Part shown: positions 50,857 to 64,000 of the stretch, piece by piece
Numbering within the stretch: the stretch's first letter is position 1
How the letters are laid out: every line of letters starts with the position of its first letter
DNA from: Amoebidium appalachense
Taxonomy: Eukaryota; Protista; Ichthyosporea
Direction of reading: 5' to 3'
Assembly: GCA_963693365.1 (NCBI GenBank)
Contig: CAVNZM010000012.1
Location: 5,136,409 to 5,200,408 of the forward strand
DNA: 64,000 bases
The notes under the pieces: generated by a model
Database searches by the model: none
The model's input: the letters and a program-made list of their open reading frames with translations, nothing else
What the model was told of the DNA's origin: nothing
Translations under genes and position numbers: made by a program

Positions 50857-51015
50857 GGAGGCCGCAAGTGGATGCCGCAGAAATTAGACAGGGAGAGACA
50901 GAGAGGGTCAGAGGGAGAGATACTCCTGGTGGGGAGGGGGGGGAGGGGAGAGTGACCGAGGCAGTGAGAGAGGGACAGAGCGAGAGAGAGCAAGAGAATG
51001 TGGGGGGAGGTTTTT

Positions 51016-51046
<31 letters not shown>

Positions 51047-51903
51047 GGGGGGACTGACGGACAGAAGGAAGGGGGAAGGGAGATGGGGGAGTGAAGAGAG
51101 GGAGCGAGAGACACATTCTTTTTCCAGCGCCTGGCCCCTGACCACCACGAAACTACGAAACTTGTTTGCTCCTCACCCTTCCCCCTCCTTCTGCCTCCCC
51201 TCCTACCTTCCCTCCTGCTCTTTCGATCATTTCTCTCGTGTCCGCATCGTGCATCAACCTCCCAAACTCCATTTTTCCTTTCACGACTTTCTCATTTTGC
51301 GTAAAAACCAGAGCTTACCTCTCAGTTTGGTCGGCCCTTGCCATGCCTGCTGGGCACCATCTTTCCCTCCACTCCACCAACCACCTCTGAAGCTCTCCTT
51401 CCTGCTCTCCAGGATCTCGTTTTGTGCCTGCACCACTTTCGCTTGAAAACGTTTGCACGCTTGACGCGCTTGGCCGCCTGTCGCTATGAAACATCGGGGG
51501 ATTGAGTAGTGGTGGGTGTATGGGGGGGAGCAATCGGGTGGTTGGGCACTTGGAACTGGAACTGTGAGCCAGAAACCCTCATCGGCATGGGTGTATTAAA
51601 CCCTCCTCCGTGCATGGGTAGAAAGGGAGGACGCATCTGTGCATGATTCGTCTGATTCGACTGCGGGGGCGGATTCCATGCAGCTTGCATCCCTGGGATG
51701 TTGAGTGGTTGGGGGTTGTAGTTCACAGATCCTTGATGCATACCTGCATGCTCCGGCTGAAAGAACTGTGGTGGCTGAGCCATGTATGGTGGTGCGGCCT
51801 GGCCCAGGGGGGCACTCGGTGGTCTCCCAGCTGGGGGCACTGGCGGTCCTAACGTGTGTGGGAACGGTGGTGGCCCACCTGCTGCAGTTTGGTAATTCCA
51901 CAT
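45809..51903 (-). CDS. PDCD7: U11/U12 snRNP 59 kDa protein (PDCD7) homolog, ~567 aa, 8 exons; one apparent +1 homopolymer frameshift in exon 1
   Basis: Exons (minus): 51903-51319, 50564-50453, 49731-49678, 48921-48847, 48389-48258, 47521-47383, 47026-46555, 45944-45809. The protein has a Pro-rich N-terminus, an Arg/Glu coiled coil ([18 protein letters not shown]), [16 protein letters not shown], and a C-terminus [38 protein letters not shown]. This resembles PDCD7 (QYYLQAEHSL..LIQIRHDWDQYL..PPLPSNDIWA, recalled). Confidence 0.8.
47888..48012 (-). repeat. Short dispersed repeat (CTGAGGATGGGC family), PDCD7 intron, diverged
   Basis: Minus strand CCCCCCTGATGATGGGCTCTG...ATTTCCAACCC, with similar spacing to the other copies. 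Confidence 0.5.
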
Positions 51904-52166
51904 CTCGTCGTGCTGGTAGGAGTGATTTTTCCAATGGAAGAGGGGGCATTCGAAGAGTGGGTTGGTAAGCAGCAGGGCAAACAGGGGGGGTGGGGAGGGT
52001 GTGTGTGTGTGTGTGTGTGTGCACATATGTGGGGGGGGGGGGGGGGGGGGGGGGGGGGTATCTTAGGTGGTGGTGGTAGCGGCGGGTGGGGAGGGGGGAG
52101 GGGGAAAGGAGGGGGTGGGGGAGAGGGGGGGGAGGTGGAGAGGGAGGGGAGAGGGAGGGAGGGATG

Positions 52167-52208
<42 letters not shown>

Positions 52209-52630
52209 GGGGGGGGGAGGGGCGGGGGGGGGGGAGAGAGAGAGAGAGAGAGCGAGAGAGAGAATGAAGGTGGGGGGGTTAGGAGAGGAGGGAGAGAGAG
52301 GGGGGTGGAGGGGTTGGGAGGGAGGGGGGAGGGGGGGGGGGGGGAGGGAAGAGGAGAGTGAGAAACGAGAGAGAAAGAGAGAGAAACGGGGTGTGTTGCA
52401 TGTATGTGACTATCAGTGGCTGATACTATCTAATTATGCAATGTGCAGTTTCCTACTTATCATTTCTTTATTCGTAGCCGTGAGGCTGACCCTTGTGTAA
52501 CTGTACAAAGCCTCACAAAGACGACACATCGCCGTGCCGCCGTGACAACGCAGCGCTGCGCATGCAGTCACACTCAGACCCAAATGTTTTTGTTTGCGCA
52601 AACCGAATCTTGCGCCAGATCTGCAGTTGA

Positions 52631-52850
52631 CCAATCAGCACGAACAACTATCAGTGCTCATTAAAGCAGCCAATCATCTCACAGGAGCTTTCAGGGTTGT
52701 GATTGGCTGAAAGTTTCGCGCCAACATGATTCAAAAACTGTCGCCGCGTTTGCGTTGCCGCCGTTGCCCACACACCCGCTGTGTGCCGTGCCTGTGTGCT
52801 CTTGCGCGAAAAAACTTACACAGCAGCGCACTGATGTGCGAGTATATAAA
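52631..52850. promoter_or_regulatory. Putative bidirectional cell-cycle promoter between PDCD7 and CDC45
   Basis: CCAAT at 52631 and 52670, ATTGG at 52702, E2F-like TTTCGCGCC at 52714-52722 and GCGCGAAA at 52804-52811, CHR-like TTCAAA at 52730-52735, and TATA-like TATATAAA near 52843. All lie in a repeat-free island. Confidence 0.6.
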
Positions 52851-53372
52851 CCAGAATCTACAGTAGATAACGGATGTTAAGTTAGATAGGGTAAAAGGGG
52901 AACTTCTAGTACCGTTGTTAATAGTTCAGTATAGAGCAGGGCTAGTGAGCTAGTAGCGAAGTCGACAGTGGCATCATACAACCAGAAAGGAAATCGTTAG
53001 CACTAGGAAGCTGTTCCCGTCGAAACTACGTTCGTACACTGTTCACCAATAGCTTTGTTACATGCATATGTTTTCCCTTGGATTTTCGCCTTCTGTTTGA
53101 TGTTCTACTAGTACACAATCACTTCGCACCCAGAAACAGTCACGTTGAACCGTCGAGCCCTTCGGACTCTGTTTTCACGCGAGCGAACCACTACATACCC
53201 TAATCGTACATATAAGTAGCGTTTACTTCAAACCCTCTTCTTCATAACTAGTCTATTGTTTTCGGCCTTTCAAAGGCGATGTCCTGCTACACGAACCTGC
53301 CAAGGTAGTACACACTTTCACAGAACAACCAATCCTGGTTGTAAGCCCTACCGCTGTGTAGGCGACGGTCCG

Positions 53373-63593
<10,221 letters not shown>

Positions 63594-63827
63594 GTACGTG
63601 TGTCCTCCAGACAGGCCGGAGGGAAGGGGAGAGAGGGGGGGGGGAGGGGGGGCGGATGCTGAAATCGATGTGGTTATGAGCATTAGGAAGGGTGTAAAGG
63701 GGAGGGAGCTCGCAGGTTGTTGTGACTGAATTCGAATGTGCCTTGAGAGGCTGAAGCGGTAAAAAGGAATCAAATATGTGTCGTGTGTGTGCGTGCGTGT
63801 GTGTTTGTCTGTGCATGTGTGTGTGTG

Positions 63828-63897
<70 letters not shown>

Positions 63898-64000
63898 CGC
63901 GCGTGCGCGTGCTTGTGTGTGTGTGTGTGCTTGTGTGTGCATATGAGCGTGAGTGTCTTTGTGTCTGCATGTGAGTGTGTGTGTCTTGGTGTGTGTATGT

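Overview
Intron-rich eukaryotic genomic DNA. A unicellular opisthokont or holozoan is a plausible source, but that is inference. The introns are filled with G/C homopolymers and (CA)/(GT) microsatellites, so nearly all ORFs in the supplied track are low-complexity artefacts. Manual exon assembly with phase checking gives five genes: the 3' part of VPS8 (+), a prokaryote-type GH57 glycoside hydrolase with only 3 introns (+, candidate horizontal transfer), a 26-exon SMARCC/SWI3 gene carrying both the animal-type N-terminal module and a ZZ finger (-), the minor-spliceosome protein U11-59K/PDCD7 (-), and the 5' part of CDC45 (+). Highlights: (1) an AT-AC U12-type intron in CDC45, which sits head-to-head with the U11-59K gene; (2) a near-identical ~1.45 kb non-coding element in introns of both SMARCC and CDC45; (3) a ~110-130 bp family matching that element's 3' end, seen 8 times in introns of all five genes, always in host-sense orientation and always ending at a C-tract; (4) homopolymer-bounded tandem duplications, and minisatellites derived from splice sites. 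Homology calls come from recalled family motifs, not from database searches.
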